This document shows, in pieces, positions 46,870-64,000 of a DNA stretch of 64,000 bases. The stretch lies in contig CP182352.1 in the NCBI GenBank assembly GCA_048571215.1, positions 192,001 through 256,000 on the forward strand. Reading direction: 5' to 3'. Under the pieces are notes generated by a model, which worked only from the letters and a program-made list of their open reading frames with translations, did not search any database and was not told where the DNA came from. Origin of the DNA: Halarcobacter sp. (GTDB lineage: Bacteria; Campylobacterota; Campylobacteria; Campylobacterales; Arcobacteraceae). Numbering within the stretch: the first letter of the stretch is position 1; each line of letters starts with the position of its first letter. The position numbers and the translations under genes were made by a program.

Positions 46870-46945
46870 AGGTCAGTAGCTCCAATGGTAGAGCGCCGGA
46901 TTCCAAATCCGATGGTTGGGGGTTCGAGTCCCTCCTGGCCTGCCA
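46870..46945 (+). tRNA. tRNA-Trp(CCA)
   Basis: AGGTCAG/CTGGCCT stem, TTCCAAA loop, upstream of secE. Confidence 0.95.
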
Positions 46946-47017
46946 CTAAATTTTTTTAAAAACAGTTTCGACTTTTTTTAAAAGAATTTATAAGCTTAAA
47001 ATTTTCTGGAGTCGATT

Positions 47018-47200
47018 GTGAATAAATTAAAAATATATTATAAAAATGCTAAAGATGAACTTGATAAAGTTATTTTCCCTATAAAAGAACAAATTAGATC
47101 TGCATATGTTTCAGTATTTGTAGTAGTTACTGTTATTACACTATTTCTAGCATTAATTGATGCAATTATGTCTTTAAGCTTATCAGCAGTTATGAACTAA
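47018..47200 (+). CDS. secE: Preprotein translocase subunit SecE
   Basis: ELDKVIFP plus one TM helix; directly before nusG. Confidence 0.92.
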   Translation: MNKLKIYYKNAKDELDKVIFPIKEQIRSAYVSVFVVVTVITLFLALIDAIMSLSLSAVMN

Positions 47201-47209
47201 GGAAATTAT

Positions 47210-47737
47210 ATGGCACAACAATGGTATGCAATTCAAACACACTCAGGTAGTGAACTTACTGTAAAAAGAGCACTTGAAAGATTAGCTGATGAGATGGCTG
47301 ATGGAAAAATAGCAGAAGTATTAGTTCCTACAGAAGACTTAATTGAGGTTAAAAAAGGTAAAAAAACAATAGTTGAAAGACCTTTATATCCTGCATATGC
47401 TTTTGCAAAAATTGATTTAGATACAGCTTTATGGCACAGAATACAATCTATGCCAAAAGTTGGTAGATTTATTGGTGAATCAAAAAAACCAACTCCTTTA
47501 TCAAAAAAAGATATTGATTCTATTTTAGATAAAGTAAACAATAGAGCTGCAGCTAAACCAAAAGTTTCTTTTGATGAGGGTGAACTTGTAAGAATTAACG
47601 AAGGTCCATTTGCAAACTTTAATGGAGTTGTAGAAGACTTTGATATGGCTTCTGGAATTTTAAAATTAAATGTTTCTATTTTTGGAAGAAATACACCTGT
47701 TGAAATCAATTATACTCAGGTAGAAAGAGCAGTTTAA
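47210..47737 (+). CDS. nusG: Transcription elongation factor NusG
   Basis: WYAIQT.SGSE and KOW motif GPFANF..SIFGRNTPVE. Confidence 0.97.
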   Translation: MAQQWYAIQTHSGSELTVKRALERLADEMADGKIAEVLVPTEDLIEVKKGKKTIVERPLYPAYAFAKIDLDTALWHRIQSMPKVGRFIGESKKPTPLSKKDIDSILDKVNNRAAAKPKVSFDEGELVRINEGPFANFNGVVEDFDMASGILKLNVSIFGRNTPVEINYTQVERAV

Positions 47738-47836
47738 AACTATTTTTAGGCATTAGGCAATAAAACTTTGCTTCCATTGAGTTTTCTTGCCTAATGCCTA
47801 AATCACATTAACAATAAAATTTAAAAAGGAAAAAAG

Positions 47837-48262
47837 ATGGCTAAAAAAGTTGACGGTTATTTAAAACTTCAAATACCTGCTGGTGCAGCTAATCCTTCAC
47901 CACCTGTTGGTCCTGCACTTGGACAAAGAGGGATTAACATTATGGAGTTTTGTAAAGCATTTAACGAAAAAACAAAAGATAAAGCTGGTTTTAATATTCC
48001 AGTTGAAATCACTGTTTATAGTGACAAAAGTTTTACATTTGTAACAAAACAACCACCTATGACTGACTTAATTAAGAAAGTTTCAGGAATTAAAAAAGGT
48101 AGTGACAATCCACTTAAAAACAAAATTGGAAAGTTAACTAAAGATCAAGTTTTAGAAATCGTTGAAATGAAAATTTCAGATTTAAATACAAATGATAAAG
48201 AGCAAGCTTCAAAAATTGTTGCAGGTTCAGCTAGATCAATGGGAATTGAAGTAGAATTATAA
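47837..48262 (+). CDS. rplK: 50S ribosomal protein L11
   Basis: [11 protein letters not shown] and GSARSMG motifs. Confidence 0.98.
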   Translation: MAKKVDGYLKLQIPAGAANPSPPVGPALGQRGINIMEFCKAFNEKTKDKAGFNIPVEITVYSDKSFTFVTKQPPMTDLIKKVSGIKKGSDNPLKNKIGKLTKDQVLEIVEMKISDLNTNDKEQASKIVAGSARSMGIEVEL

Positions 48263-48369
48263 TATTAGTCTGACCACGAGACTAAAACTTTGTGGTAGCA
48301 AAGCAAGTTTTCTAAATCCTATTTTAAATGGTGCGAAAATTTGAAAAAAATAAAATTGCGGAGAAAAAA

Positions 48370-49071
48370 ATGGCAAAAAAAGTTTCAAAAAGATTTAAAG
48401 CTTTATTAGAAAAAGTTGAAAATAGAGATTATACATTAGAAGAAGCGTGTACTTCAGTAAAAGGTTTAAAATCAGCAAAATTTGATGAGTCAGTTGAAGT
48501 TGCATTAAACCTAAACATTGACCCAAGACATGCAGATCAAATGATTAGAGGTGCAGTTGTACTTCCTCATGGTACTGGTAAAACTGTAAGAGTTGCAGTA
48601 TTTGCTAAGGGTGCTAAAATGGATGAAGCAACAGCAGCTGGTGCTGATATTGTTGGTAATGATGATTTAGTAGAAACAGTGCAAGCTGGAAATATTGATT
48701 TTGATGTATTAATAGCAACTCCTGATTGTATGGGACTAGTTGGTAAATTAGGTAGAATCTTAGGACCAAAAGGTTTAATGCCTAACCCTAAAACTGGAAC
48801 AGTAACTATGGATGTTAATAAAGCAGTAACTGATGCTAAAGGTGGTAAGGTTACATATAGAGTTGACAAAAAAGGTAATATGCAAGCAGCAGTTGGAAAA
48901 GTTTCTTTTTCAGATGAAGCAATAAAAGAAAATGTTAAAGCTTTCATTTCTGCTATCAATAAAGCAAAACCTGCTTCTGCAAAAGGTAGATATATTACTA
49001 ATGCAGCTATTTCATTAACTATGTCACCATCAATTAATATGGATGTATTAGAATTAATGGATATTAAATAA
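48370..49071 (+). CDS. rplA: 50S ribosomal protein L1
   Basis: KFDESV, LPHGTG and [11 protein letters not shown] motifs; GGAG SD before ATG 48370. Confidence 0.98.
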   Translation: MAKKVSKRFKALLEKVENRDYTLEEACTSVKGLKSAKFDESVEVALNLNIDPRHADQMIRGAVVLPHGTGKTVRVAVFAKGAKMDEATAAGADIVGNDDLVETVQAGNIDFDVLIATPDCMGLVGKLGRILGPKGLMPNPKTGTVTMDVNKAVTDAKGGKVTYRVDKKGNMQAAVGKVSFSDEAIKENVKAFISAINKAKPASAKGRYITNAAISLTMSPSINMDVLELMDIK

Positions 49072-49091
49072 GGGTTTCCCCTTATTTAATT

Positions 49092-49230
49092 AACATTCAA
49101 TAGTGAAGATTATAATCTTCATGTTTGAGTGTTATTCAAAGCACTGAAATAAAACTGATGACAGCTGGTAAAAAACATCCTTCGTTTTTTGTAAGTCCCG
49201 CCTAAGTCCGATGTTTTGAAGGGAGGAAAT
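49092..49230 (+). promoter_or_regulatory. L10 leader (autogenous r-protein leader); boundaries approximate
   Basis: CTGATGACAGCTGG...TAA..CCCGCCTAAG resembles the L10-leader core; canonical position before rplJ. Confidence 0.7.
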
Positions 49231-49236
49231 ATAAAG

Positions 49237-49725
49237 ATGACAAAACAAGATAAAAATTTAATTATTGATTCTTTAACTGCAGAATTTAAAGACTCTCAAG
49301 CTATTGTTGTATGTGATTATAAAGGTTTAACTCACAAACAATTAGAAGTATTGAGAAATGATGCAAGTGCAAATGGAACAAAAGTTCAAGTTGCAAAAAA
49401 TTCATTAGTTTCGATTGCAGTTAAAAATGCAGAATTAGGAGATATTGAACTTTCTGGTACAAATATTTTCTTATGGTCAGAAGATCAAATTTCTGCTTGT
49501 AAAGTTGCTGATAAATTTGCAAATGATAATAAAGAAAAATTTATTATTAAATCAGGTATCATCGAGGGTGAAATCTCTGATGTATCTAGAGTTAATGCAT
49601 TTGCTAAATTACCATCAAGAGAAGAGCTTCTTGGTATGCTTGCTGCTACATGGATGGCACCACTTACTAACTTTACTATTGGGCTTGATGCTCTTAGAAG
49701 AAAAAAAGAAGAAGAAGCGGCGTAA
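49237..49725 (+). CDS. rplJ: 50S ribosomal protein L10
   Basis: DYKGLT, VAKNSL and AKLPSREEL motifs; GGAGG SD. Confidence 0.96.
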   Translation: MTKQDKNLIIDSLTAEFKDSQAIVVCDYKGLTHKQLEVLRNDASANGTKVQVAKNSLVSIAVKNAELGDIELSGTNIFLWSEDQISACKVADKFANDNKEKFIIKSGIIEGEISDVSRVNAFAKLPSREELLGMLAATWMAPLTNFTIGLDALRRKKEEEAA

Positions 49726-49815
49726 TTAGTTAATAACTAATAATAAATAGTGAATAATGGTTTAATTTGCTTGGCAAATTAATTTTATAAAAAATAAAAA
49801 TTATAAGGAAAAGAA

Positions 49816-50190
49816 ATGGCAATTTCTAAAGAAGACGTATTAGAATACATCTCTGGTTTATCTGTATTAGAGTTATCTGAATTAGTAAAAGAATTCGAAG
49901 AAAAATTTGGTGTATCTGCACAGCCTGTAGCTGTAGCTGGTGCTGTAGCTGGTGGAGCTGCTGAAGCTGCTGAAGAACAAACTGAATTTAATGTTATCAT
50001 TAAAGATCCAGGTGCTAAAAAAATCAATGTTATTAAAGAGATTAGAGCACTTACTGGTCTTGGATTAAAAGAAGCTAAAGCAATGGCAGAAGAAGCTGGT
50101 GCTGTAGTTAAAGAAGGTATCTCTAAAGATGATGCTGAAGCTGCTAAAGCTGCATTAGAAGCTGCAGGGGCAACTGTAGAATTACAATAG
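49816..50190 (+). CDS. rplL: 50S ribosomal protein L7/L12
   Basis: EEKFGVSA and TGLGLKEAK motifs. Confidence 0.98.
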   Translation: MAISKEDVLEYISGLSVLELSELVKEFEEKFGVSAQPVAVAGAVAGGAAEAAEEQTEFNVIIKDPGAKKINVIKEIRALTGLGLKEAKAMAEEAGAVVKEGISKDDAEAAKAALEAAGATVELQ

Positions 50191-50211
50191 TTAATTCTTT
50201 TAAAATTACTG

Positions 50212-50308
50212 TTATACAAGGCTAAGTGCCTTGTATAAAGACTAGCATCTTTGAAGGCTAAGGTTAAAATTCATAGGAATTTTAACCCTATCCTTTAAGG
50301 ATGCTTTT
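50212..50308 (+). terminator. rplL-rpoB intergenic hairpins, attenuator-like
   Basis: TTATACAAGGC/GCCTTGTATAA stem, then a long AGCATC...GATGCT stem followed by TTT. Confidence 0.6.
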
Positions 50309-50334
50309 GCGCTTTATATATAAAGCTAAAGTAA

Positions 50335-59023
<8,689 letters not shown>

Positions 59024-59030
59024 AACAAAA

Positions 59031-59058
59031 ACTTTGGGGAATCTCCCCAGAGTATTTT
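59031..59058 (+). terminator. Terminator after rpoC
   Basis: ACTTTGGGGA-atc-TCCCCAGAGT followed by ATTTT. Confidence 0.65.
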
Positions 59059-59062
59059 AATC

Positions 59063-59452
59063 ATGGATACTTTATCTTTACTTTTAATATTTATTGCCAT
59101 TGAACTCTTTGAATCAAATTGGCAAAAAAATGATACACTTTATGGACTTATCCATAACAACTTTATAATTTATCAAAAAAATCTTATTTTATATTTTATT
59201 TTACATGCAAGCTTTTTTTATACTCTTTTTTTAGCTGTCTTTTTAAACAATTTTGGCTTTTGGATGAGTTCAATTATTATTATTAAATTTTTAGATATGG
59301 CATTTAAACTTAATATGATGCAAAAACTTAGTAATGGTATGGATGTAAGTGAAGTTATGCCTATAAATATAAAAATGACACCTCTATTTAGATATATGAA
59401 TGTAATTATATATCCTCTTACTTTCGTATTTGCAACAAAACTTTTTTTTTAA
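59063..59452 (+). CDS. Hypothetical membrane protein
   Basis: 129-aa ORF with about four hydrophobic segments. Confidence 0.7.
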   Translation: MDTLSLLLIFIAIELFESNWQKNDTLYGLIHNNFIIYQKNLILYFILHASFFYTLFLAVFLNNFGFWMSSIIIIKFLDMAFKLNMMQKLSNGMDVSEVMPINIKMTPLFRYMNVIIYPLTFVFATKLFF

Positions 59453-59460
59453 TTTATAAT

Positions 59461-59475
59461 TGATAATTAATATCA
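59461..59475. promoter_or_regulatory. Fur-family box upstream of the EAL gene
   Basis: TGATAAT-T-AATATCA, 13/14 match to TGATAAT-N-ATTATCA. Confidence 0.55.
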
Positions 59476-59505
59476 ATTTAAAGAAAACTTGCTAATATAA
59501 CATTT

Positions 59506-60213
59506 ATGAATATTTTTGAATTTAAACACTTAATTACCAATGCAAAATATAACACTAAGTATGAACCAATTATTGATCTAAACACAAATGAAGTTTTTGC
59601 TTATGAAGCTTTGTCTTCATTTGATATAGATAATAGACTAATCTCTACAGAAAATATATTTAGAAAGTTACATCAAAATAATGATCTTTTTTTTAACTTA
59701 GAAAAGAGAAATAAATATTTGCAAGTTAAACATTTTGATCTAAACTCAAAACTTTTTTTAAATTTTGATGCAGATATTGTTATTAGTGAAGAACAACAAA
59801 AGTATTGGGCTGAGTTTTTAATAAAACATAAAGATTATATTGTTGTTGAGATTACTGAAAATGGAAGTGATGATGAAACTAGTTCTGAAGTAATGAGAAA
59901 CTTTTCCTTATGGTTAAAAGAGAAAAATATAGAAACAGCTTTAGATGATTTTGCGCAAGAGGGCTCAATGTTTTCTTTTTTTATTATGGGTAATTCACAA
60001 TATATTAAAATTGATAAATCTTTTATAAAACAAGTTAGAATAAATCCAAACTATATCCATTATCTAAAAGGTTTGTTATTGACGATACAAGTTAATAATC
60101 AAAAAGCAATACTAGAAGGTGTAGAAACTAAAGAGGATTTGGATTTAGCCAGAAAACTTAGATGTGACTATGTTCAAGGGTATTACTTCAAAGATCTAAC
60201 TGTAATAAAATAG
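59506..60213 (+). CDS. Stand-alone EAL-domain protein
   Basis: YEAL, EITE, LDDF, IKID, EGVE and QGYY motifs. Confidence 0.9.
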   Translation: MNIFEFKHLITNAKYNTKYEPIIDLNTNEVFAYEALSSFDIDNRLISTENIFRKLHQNNDLFFNLEKRNKYLQVKHFDLNSKLFLNFDADIVISEEQQKYWAEFLIKHKDYIVVEITENGSDDETSSEVMRNFSLWLKEKNIETALDDFAQEGSMFSFFIMGNSQYIKIDKSFIKQVRINPNYIHYLKGLLLTIQVNNQKAILEGVETKEDLDLARKLRCDYVQGYYFKDLTVIK

Positions 60214-60274
60214 CTCTAACATTTATCATATAAACTAAATGCTAAAATATCGTTTTAATATTAAAGGAAAAATA

Positions 60275-60562
60275 ATGCAATATTTAGTAATAGCTTATGA
60301 TAATGAAGGCGCACTTGAAAAAAGAATGGAAAATAGAGCTGAACATCTTAAAGGAACTCAAAAATTAATGGCAGAGGGTAAGATTATAAGTGCATGTGCT
60401 TTGATAGAAGATGAAAAAATGGTTGGCTCATCAGTTCTTACAAGCTTTGAAAGTGATGATGCGTTTGATTCTTGGTTAAGTAATGAACCATATGTAACAG
60501 GTGGAGTTTGGAATATGGATGAGATTCAAATCGTTCCTGTAAATGTTATGCCTAAGGGATAA
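60275..60562 (+). CDS. YciI family protein
   Basis: R..HL, GS and EPYV..GVW motifs; AAGGA SD before ATG 60275. Confidence 0.85.
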   Translation: MQYLVIAYDNEGALEKRMENRAEHLKGTQKLMAEGKIISACALIEDEKMVGSSVLTSFESDDAFDSWLSNEPYVTGGVWNMDEIQIVPVNVMPKG

Positions 60563-60681
60563 TTTAAAAAGGCTTAAAGATCTTTTTTAAATTAGTTCTA
60601 AAAATACATAAGAAAATAAATAATTTATTGCGCTATAACAGAGATATATCTATAATCACTTTTATTTAATAAAGGATTAAT

Positions 60682-61404
60682 ATGAAGATAGTTTTTTTAG
60701 TTTTTTTAGTTATTTGTTCACTTAATGCTCATTTTCTTACTTTTTTGCCTACAACTGACAATGTAAAATCAAGAGATGAGATGAGAGTTGATTTTAATCT
60801 TATGTTTATACACCCTTTTGAACAAACAGGTATGACTTTAGAAAAACCACTTGGGATATATTTGGAAGATAAAAAAGAGGTTTTACCTTTAACTAAAACA
60901 AAAAAGTTAGATCATAAGGCGTGGGATAGTACCTACACTATTAAAAGACCAGGTGTTTATAAATTTTATGCACAACCACAACCTTATTTTGAACCAGCAG
61001 AGGGAAAATTTATCTCTCATGTACCAAAAGTTATTATAAGTGCTTTTGGTTTAGAAGATGGTTGGGATGAAGCTATTGGTTTAAAATATGAGATTGTCCC
61101 TATGGTAAAACCTTTTGCTTTATATAGTGGAAATCTTTTTCAAGGAAAAGTACTTCACAATGGAAAACCAGCTTCAAATGTTGAAGTTGAAGTTGAACTT
61201 TATAATGAGTTTGGATTAAAAGCTCCAAATGATGCCCATGTAACACAAGTTGTTAAAACAGATAACAATGGTGTCTTTTCTTTTGTTATGAACCATAAAG
61301 GTTGGTGGGGATTTGCTGCTCTTATAGAAGAGGGGCAAAAAGAGCACAATGGTAAAAAATATCCAATAGAAAATGGTGCCTTAATTTGGGTAAAGGCTTA
61401 TTAG
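60682..61404 (+). CDS. DUF4198 / NikK-like periplasmic component of Ni/Co ECF transporter
   Basis: Signal peptide ending AH-F, HPFE and PYFEPAE motifs; first gene of the M-L-Q-O cluster. Confidence 0.78.
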   Translation: MKIVFLVFLVICSLNAHFLTFLPTTDNVKSRDEMRVDFNLMFIHPFEQTGMTLEKPLGIYLEDKKEVLPLTKTKKLDHKAWDSTYTIKRPGVYKFYAQPQPYFEPAEGKFISHVPKVIISAFGLEDGWDEAIGLKYEIVPMVKPFALYSGNLFQGKVLHNGKPASNVEVEVELYNEFGLKAPNDAHVTQVVKTDNNGVFSFVMNHKGWWGFAALIEEGQKEHNGKKYPIENGALIWVKAY

Positions 61405-61407
61405 AAG

Positions 61408-62010
61408 ATGCATATTTCAGATGGTATTTTATCAAGTGATGTTGTGATAGTAACTTCAGTGATTAGTTGTGGTTTACTTATATACTCATTAAAAAATTTA
61501 AAAAATAAAAATATTGCTCATATAGCCGCTATGGGAGCAGTATTTTTTATTGCATCTTTTATCCACATACCTTTGGGACCAACTCAAATCCACTTGGTTT
61601 TGACTGGAGTTATTGGGCTAATAATAGGTTCATCGGTATTTTTTTCTTTGTTTATTGCACTTTTATTGCAAGCCTTACTATTAGGTTATGGGGGACTTAG
61701 TTCCTTAGGAGCAAATCTTTTAATTATGGCTTTACCTGCATATATAATTTATTTAATAGCCAAGAGTCAAGTTTTAAACTTTTTGAATGAAAAGATTAGA
61801 TATTTTTTAATTGGATTTATTCCAGTACTTATCTCTACTATACTTTTAGCTTTGGTTTTAGCTCTTTCTAAACAAGAGTATATTTATGCTTCATATACTA
61901 TAGTTTTAGCAAATACTCCAGCTATGGTAATAGAAGGTTTGATAACTATGTTTTTGATTAATTATATTAAAAAATCTATGCCTGAACTTTTAAATGGAGT
62001 AAAAATATGA
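61408..62010 (+). CDS. cbiM: Ni/Co ECF transporter substrate component (CbiM/NikM)
   Basis: N-terminal MHISDG; LLQALLLGYGGLSSLGAN. Confidence 0.88.
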   Translation: MHISDGILSSDVVIVTSVISCGLLIYSLKNLKNKNIAHIAAMGAVFFIASFIHIPLGPTQIHLVLTGVIGLIIGSSVFFSLFIALLLQALLLGYGGLSSLGANLLIMALPAYIIYLIAKSQVLNFLNEKIRYFLIGFIPVLISTILLALVLALSKQEYIYASYTIVLANTPAMVIEGLITMFLINYIKKSMPELLNGVKI

Positions 62011-62444
62011 GATTATTATTTTTAGTATTTGTATTTATAAGCTCATTATTTGCCCATAAGTTAAATCTTTTTTATTTAAATGAAAATGATAAAATATATT
62101 TTAATAGTTATTTTGCTTCTGGTTCACCTTGTCAAGAGTGTAGCGTAGAGATTTATGATAATAACAATAAACTCATAAAAAAGTTAAAAACTGATAAGAA
62201 AGGTGAGTTTGTAATTGAAAATATGAATAACTTTTTTGTAAAAGTGCATACAATTGAGGGGCATGCAGTTGAACAAAAAGTTGTTATTGATAAAAAAATA
62301 ACTAATAAAAAAGCTAAAGAACTTACTGAAAATAAATATGTAGAAGCTAAAAAACAAAGCTTAATGGGTAGTTTTATAGCAATATTAGCTATACTATTTA
62401 TATTTTATTTATTGAAGAGGTTTAAAAAAGATGATAAATCTTAA
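62007..62444 (+). CDS. CbiL/NikL-like accessory component
   Basis: Signal peptide ending FAH, periplasmic domain with EGH, C-terminal TM; lies between M and Q. Confidence 0.65.
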   Translation: MRLLFLVFVFISSLFAHKLNLFYLNENDKIYFNSYFASGSPCQECSVEIYDNNNKLIKKLKTDKKGEFVIENMNNFFVKVHTIEGHAVEQKVVIDKKITNKKAKELTENKYVEAKKQSLMGSFIAILAILFIFYLLKRFKKDDKS

Positions 62445-63078
62445 CTCATCTGTTAGATTGATTTGTGCCTTTTTATATTCCATATTTATAAGTTTTAACC
62501 AAATAGAATTAATTTATCTTCTTCCTATAGTTTTTATGGTTTTTTGTGAATATAAAGTTATATTCCTTGTAGTAAAAAAACTTTTATTTTTAAATGTTTT
62601 TATTGGGATGATATTTATAATCTTACTTTTACAAGGGGATACAAAAGAGGCTTTAAATATATATTTTAGAACAAATATGATTATCTTTTTTAATCTACTA
62701 CTTTTTTTTAGATCAAATGGCTACGATATTGTAAGGGCTATGAATGAACTTAGATTTTCAAAAAAAGTTGTAAGTTCAACATATTTTACCCTAAAGATGA
62801 TACAAAGTTTAAGTGATGAGATAAAAAGAGTAAGACAAACATTAAAAGCTAGAGGCTTTAAGGCTGCTTCAAATCTATTTTCTTATGAAACCTTTGGGAA
62901 TATATTTGGACATATTTTTATACTTTCAATAAAAAAAGCAAACCAGATGCAAGATTCCTTTAAACTTAGGGGTTTTCATGGAAGAATATATCTTATTCAA
63001 AATAGTAAATTAAGTTTTTATGATGTTATACTTATATTTTTAGTTTGTATGTTATTTGTAAAAAAGGTGATTGTTTGA
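62431..63078 (+). CDS. cbiQ: ECF transmembrane T component (CbiQ/NikQ)
   Basis: KARGF and KLRGF motifs. Confidence 0.85.
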   Translation: MINLNSSVRLICAFLYSIFISFNQIELIYLLPIVFMVFCEYKVIFLVVKKLLFLNVFIGMIFIILLLQGDTKEALNIYFRTNMIIFFNLLLFFRSNGYDIVRAMNELRFSKKVVSSTYFTLKMIQSLSDEIKRVRQTLKARGFKAASNLFSYETFGNIFGHIFILSIKKANQMQDSFKLRGFHGRIYLIQNSKLSFYDVILIFLVCMLFVKKVIV

Positions 63079-63728
63079 GTTGTTCTATAAATCTAAAAGA
63101 GGTGTCATACTCTACCCCAACAAAAGAGGTTTTCAATAGTGTAAGTCTAGATGTATCCCATGAAGAAAAAGTTGCAATTATTGGTGCCAATGGAAGTGGG
63201 AAAAGCTCTTTGTTGAAGATACTTGCTGGTCTAATTAAACAAGAAACTGGAGAGGTTTTTCTTTTTCATAAACAGATGAATAGTTTAAAAGATTTTAAAA
63301 CCTTTAGGACAGATATAGGGTATCTTCCCCAAGATGTTAGTGATCACTTTTTATGTCCAACAGTTATAGAAGATGTGATGTTTGCCCTAAGAGCAAAGGG
63401 TGAAAGCAAGGATGAATCTTATGAAAAATCTTGTAAAATACTTGAAGAACTAGGAATATCCCATTTAGAAAATAGAAATATTTATGATTTAAGTGGAGGG
63501 GAACAAAAAATAGTTGCTCTTGCAGGGATACTTATTACAAAACCAAAAATCTTACTTTTGGATGAGCCAACAAATGCTTTAGATGAAGAGGCAGAAAAAA
63601 AGATAATTGATATTTTAAACTCTATAAAAAAGTCAATGATTATAGTTTCTCATCATAAGACTTTTATTGAAAAGTTAGCTCCAAATATATATAAACTAGA
63701 AAAAAATGGACTTAATAAAGTTGATTAG
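63075..63728 (+). CDS. cbiO: ECF ATPase (CbiO/NikO)
   Basis: GANGSGKS, LSGGEQK and LDEPT motifs; TTG start overlapping the cbiQ stop. Confidence 0.88.
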   Translation: MSCSINLKEVSYSTPTKEVFNSVSLDVSHEEKVAIIGANGSGKSSLLKILAGLIKQETGEVFLFHKQMNSLKDFKTFRTDIGYLPQDVSDHFLCPTVIEDVMFALRAKGESKDESYEKSCKILEELGISHLENRNIYDLSGGEQKIVALAGILITKPKILLLDEPTNALDEEAEKKIIDILNSIKKSMIIVSHHKTFIEKLAPNIYKLEKNGLNKVD

Positions 63729-63927
63729 AATAAAATAATAATATTTTCACCATATAAATTTTCACAATTTATTCACTAAGAAAAGTTATAAAATAGCACT
63801 AAAATAGCAATTCTGTGTTTTTTTATAAAAAAGCTAGAATAAGGTAAAAATAATGAAAAATCTTAAGATAAGATTAATTATATTTATGAGAAACTATTTT
63901 TAGATTAATTAACTTTAAGGAGCAAAG

Positions 63928-64000
63928 ATGAGTAGATTAGTTAAAGTAGCTGCAGCTTTATTATTAGGTGGAGCAACTTATGCCTTCGCATTAACAGCAG
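63928..64000 (+). CDS. Partial ORF of an exported protein, truncated by window end
   Basis: AAGGAG SD; MSRLVKVAAALLLGGATYAFA-LTA Sec signal peptide. Confidence 0.75.
   Translation, partial: MSRLVKVAAALLLGGATYAFALTA

Noticed and set aside
60629..60660. NikR operator upstream of the ECF operon
   Set aside because: Only weak symmetry around TATA-N13-TATA, overlapping the -10; not supportable by eye.

Overview
AT-rich core-genome window from a Campylobacterota bacterium, most likely Arcobacteraceae (judged from the 16S rRNA sequence and gene content, not from a database search). It contains: a complete complex I operon (nuoA-B-CD-E-F-gltA-G-H-I-J-K-L-M-N) with citrate synthase embedded; patB; two futalosine-pathway genes; a periplasmic-sensor diguanylate cyclase; a full rRNA operon (16S-Ile-Ala-23S-5S); cell-wall and division genes; moaDE, hisJ, glnA and gpmI; a tRNA cluster followed by tuf-rpmG-tRNA-Trp-secE-nusG-rplKAJL-rpoBC; an EAL protein, YciI and a Ni/Co ECF transporter. 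I saw no mobile element, CRISPR array or defence system. The most interesting observations are: (1) a NuoF that keeps its FMN and Fe-S ligands but has lost the NADH adenosine-pocket residues, including Glu->Lys at the NADH/NADPH discriminating position, encoded next to the embedded citrate synthase; (2) a 47-bp tandem repeat and hairpin array with pairing-preserving changes upstream of mraY; (3) several candidate regulatory elements (Fur-like box, glnA palindrome, leaderless starts, a pseudoknot before rplA). All product calls come from motif recognition by eye.
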